A stretch of DNA of 64,000 bases, taken from the NCBI RefSeq assembly GCF_004010195.1, contig NC_057750.1:11122390-11186389 (forward strand). The letters are read 5' to 3'. A model generated the notes under the pieces. The model was not told the origin of the DNA. It made no database searches and saw nothing but the letters and a program-made list of their open reading frames with translations. How positions within the stretch are numbered: the first letter of the stretch is position 1; every line of letters begins with the position of its first letter. The position numbers and the translations under genes are program-made. Of this stretch, positions 61,398 to 64,000 are shown in pieces. Source of the DNA: Chiloscyllium plagiosum. Taxonomy: Eukaryota.

Positions 61398-61612
61398 TGA
61401 TTTGGAGATGCCGGTGTTGGACTGGGGTGTGCAAAGTTAAAAATCACACAACACCAGGTTATAGTCCAACAGGTTTAATTGGAAGCACACTAGCTTTCGG
61501 AGCGACGCTCCTTCATCAGGTGATGACCTGATGAAGGAGCGTCGCTCCGAAAGCTAGTGTGCTTCCAATTAAACCTGTTGGACTATAACCTGGTGTTGTG
61601 TGATTTTTAACT
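61398..61612. mobile_element. Penelope-like fold-back element, family B
   Basis: Perfect 87-bp arms 61435-61521 / 61526-61612, 4-nt loop, 37-nt tail, TSD CTGTTTTATGTA (61386-61397 / 61613-61624). Confidence 0.85.
61488..61522 (-). ncRNA. Minimal type I hammerhead ribozyme motif (PLE family B)
   Basis: CAC-CUGAUGA-A-GGAGC(GUC)GCUCC-GAAA-GC-UA-GUG: stem I CAC/GUG, 5-bp stem II, palindromic AGCU stem III, CUA triplet; the mirror copy at 61526-61558 (+) has only a 2-bp stem I. Confidence 0.72.
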
Positions 61613-63320
61613 CTGTTTTATGTAGTGTTTGTTTTGAAGTTTTGGGCACTTTGTGGTTGCGTCCCTATTTCTCTTGTGTCTTGTTACTGCTGTACTGAAT
61701 TTTGTATAACTACAAATTAAAAAAAAACGGCGATTTAGAATCTCAGTTCTGGGGACTGACTGAGTTGGCTGGCTACAGCCGGTGTACTGTGCGCCAGTAA
61801 ATAAAGGGTGACTTGGTGACAGGATACTGGCCTCTCTGCACTTATTTCAGCTGCCTTCTTAATTCTGAGGGTCTGGCCCATAACAAAGATGGATACCCAG
61901 AATACAATTCATTTGCTGTAATGTCTGCTTTATAGCTTGTAACGTTTTCAATTTGAGATGACTCATGTTAACATGACATGCAGTTTGAGCATCATCTCCC
62001 TGCTTTTAAATCCTACATTTCAGTAAAGTGTCAGTAAGGTGGTTAGGAGACATATGGCATGCTTTCCTTTAAGAATTGGTGGACATACATCCAAGGTCCC
62101 TGTGTTCCTTCACTATATGCTACCCTTCAATTTATTGTGCATTCTCTTCCCTTGTTACACATGACAAAATGCATTATCTTATACTTATCTAGATTGCATT
62201 TTTCCATTTAGGATAGGGAAGCAGTAGCCTGGTAGTAATGTCACTGGATGAATAATGTATGACCAAGGCTAACACTCTGGGGATATGAGCTCATGTCCCA
62301 CCACTGCAGTCTATGGAAGTTAAATTCAGTTTTAAAATCTGCGTTATAAAACCATTCTCAGGGATACTGACCATGAAACTAATGTTGATTGGACCAGATT
62401 TTCTATAACCTTCCCTCTTTTAGGGAAGGAAATCTGTCATCTTTACTCAGTGTGGCCTACATGTATCTCCAGACAAGCGGCAATGTGATTGACTCTTAAA
62501 TGCTCTTTACCATGGCAAAATGAACGAGTACAAAGCAATTAGATGGCCAATATTTATTGTCCAACCCAGGGATGTTCAAATCCTATATTCTAAAAAGCAG
62601 CTTAGGGAAGAGTTGATGCAAATTTTGAATCATAGCCTCTTTTGTAGTTTTATTTATTCATGAGATGTGGGCAGTACTAGTCTAGCACTTATTGGCAATT
62701 CCTTCTTACGCTGTCAGAAGATAGGCTGCCTTCTTGAACTGTACTAGACATACATGCTGTTAATGGAGGGAGTTCCAGGATTTTGACCCAGCAACACTGA
62801 AGGAATGGTGGTATATTTCCGAGTCAGGATGGTGAATGGATTGGAGGGGAACATTGCAGGTGCTGTTTCCATGTAACTGCTTCCCTTGTCTTTCCAGAGG
62901 ATAATGGTCTTGGGTTTGAAATTGCTGTACAAGATACTTGCTGCACCTTTTAAGACCATGTTATTTCATGCTCCCTTTCTGTATGAGACTTAAGAGCAAA
63001 GACTTTTTTCTGAGTGGGTATTGAATTTACAGAGTGATCAAGGCCAGATCATTAAGCATATTCAAAGCTGAGGTAGACATTAAGTATTGGAAAAAGGTAG
63101 GAAAATAGAGTTGAGTATATCAGATTGGCCATGATCTCATTGAATGGCAGAACAGTCTCAATGGGCTGAATGGTCTACTTCCACTCCTTTATCTGATTGG
63201 TTTTGGAGTGATGTCTAATTCAGCCACCTGTTTAAAAATGGGCAATTGAGACTCTCCAAAATATAGAGCAATTTACATCAAATTGTACAGCACAGAAACA
63301 AACTATTGAGCCCACCTAGA

Positions 63321-63600
63321 ATCATAGAATTCCTACAGTGTGGAATCAGGCCATTTGGCCCAAAATCCATCCCCATAATGCCACATTTCCCACAGTTAAC
63401 CCACCTAGCCTACACATCCCTGGACACTATAGGCAATTTAGAATGGCCAATCCACCTAACCTGCACATCTTTAGACTCTGGGAGGAAACCAGAACACCTA
63501 GAGAACTCCCATGCAGACACTCCACACTTTCAGTCATCCAAAACTGGAAGCAAATCCCGGTCCTTGGTGAGAGGCAGCAGTGCTAACCAGTGAGCCACCC
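63321..63600 (-). mobile_element. HE1-like V-SINE
   Basis: Reverse-strand head and body. Confidence 0.82.
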
Positions 63601-64000
63601 TGGTCTATTCCAGTGATTATGCCCCACAGAAGCCTCTTCTCACTGAATTCATCCACCTTTTTTTTTCACCAGTCCTCTTTTCCAAGGGGTTTGACCATGG
63701 ACTTCCTTTGGATTCACTCATGCTTTTGCTTTTAGTACAGTAGTTTGTCATTGCCTTCTGCAAGATAGTTGCCCAAAAGAGCCTCTCACTCTTACTTTTT
63801 GTCATCAAACACATTGGAAGAATTTACGAACTGGTCATCAGCCTGCTTAATTATGTTACAAACTCATTTTAAATGGCTAAAAGGTGAGACTTGAATCCAA
63901 AGGTATCATTGTGTCACAGGAGGTCCATACTTCGCCATCCTATTTCATTCTCCTTTGTGTTTATCTAACTTCCCTTTGAATACATTTAAATTATTCAATC

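Larger units (their letters stand above)
60018..61849 (+). mobile_element. LTR-like element (TG...CA) with internal insertions, nested in an older LTR
   Basis: Starts TGTCGTGATTGG, ends AATAAA...TTATTTCA; flanked by a GCTAC/GCTGC 5-bp duplication; the host LTR resumes and ends at 61884. Confidence 0.5.

Noticed and set aside
61435..61612. miRNA gene or DNA-transposon MITE
   Set aside because: Perfect pairing, asymmetric tail, long variable TSD and hammerhead core fit a PLE fold-back better
63617..63814. 65-aa minus-strand ORF
   Set aside because: No recognisable domain or splice sites; contains a GGCAATGACAAAC motif suggestive of a decayed retroelement end

Overview
This is vertebrate genomic DNA, almost certainly from a cartilaginous fish (shark). 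The inference rests on dense HE1-like V-SINEs, CR1/HER1-like LINEs and Deu-domain-like SINE relics; there are three N-gaps. The main gene is an intact 12-exon minus-strand peptidase S28 gene, best called prss16 (thymus-specific serine protease). Its CDS runs 55038->17143 (1497 nt spliced, 498 aa), every intron is GT-AG with matching phases, it has a signal peptide, and its catalytic triad is Ser180/Asp435/His460. At the left edge is the probable first coding exon (746->699) of a second minus-strand gene whose N-terminus resembles a mitochondrial presequence. The rest is mostly transposon-derived. The most striking non-coding signal is a set of short Penelope-like (PLE) fold-back elements with 11-13 bp target-site duplications. 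They carry minimal type I hammerhead ribozyme motifs from three sequence families, including intact copies on the prss16 pre-mRNA strand and a perfect 87-bp-arm hairpin. Also present: PLE RT and GIY-YIG fragments, a co-oriented solo LTR just upstream of prss16, a Tigger-like MITE, nested insertions and several locally templated DNA-repair scars. All calls were made by eye; no searches were run.
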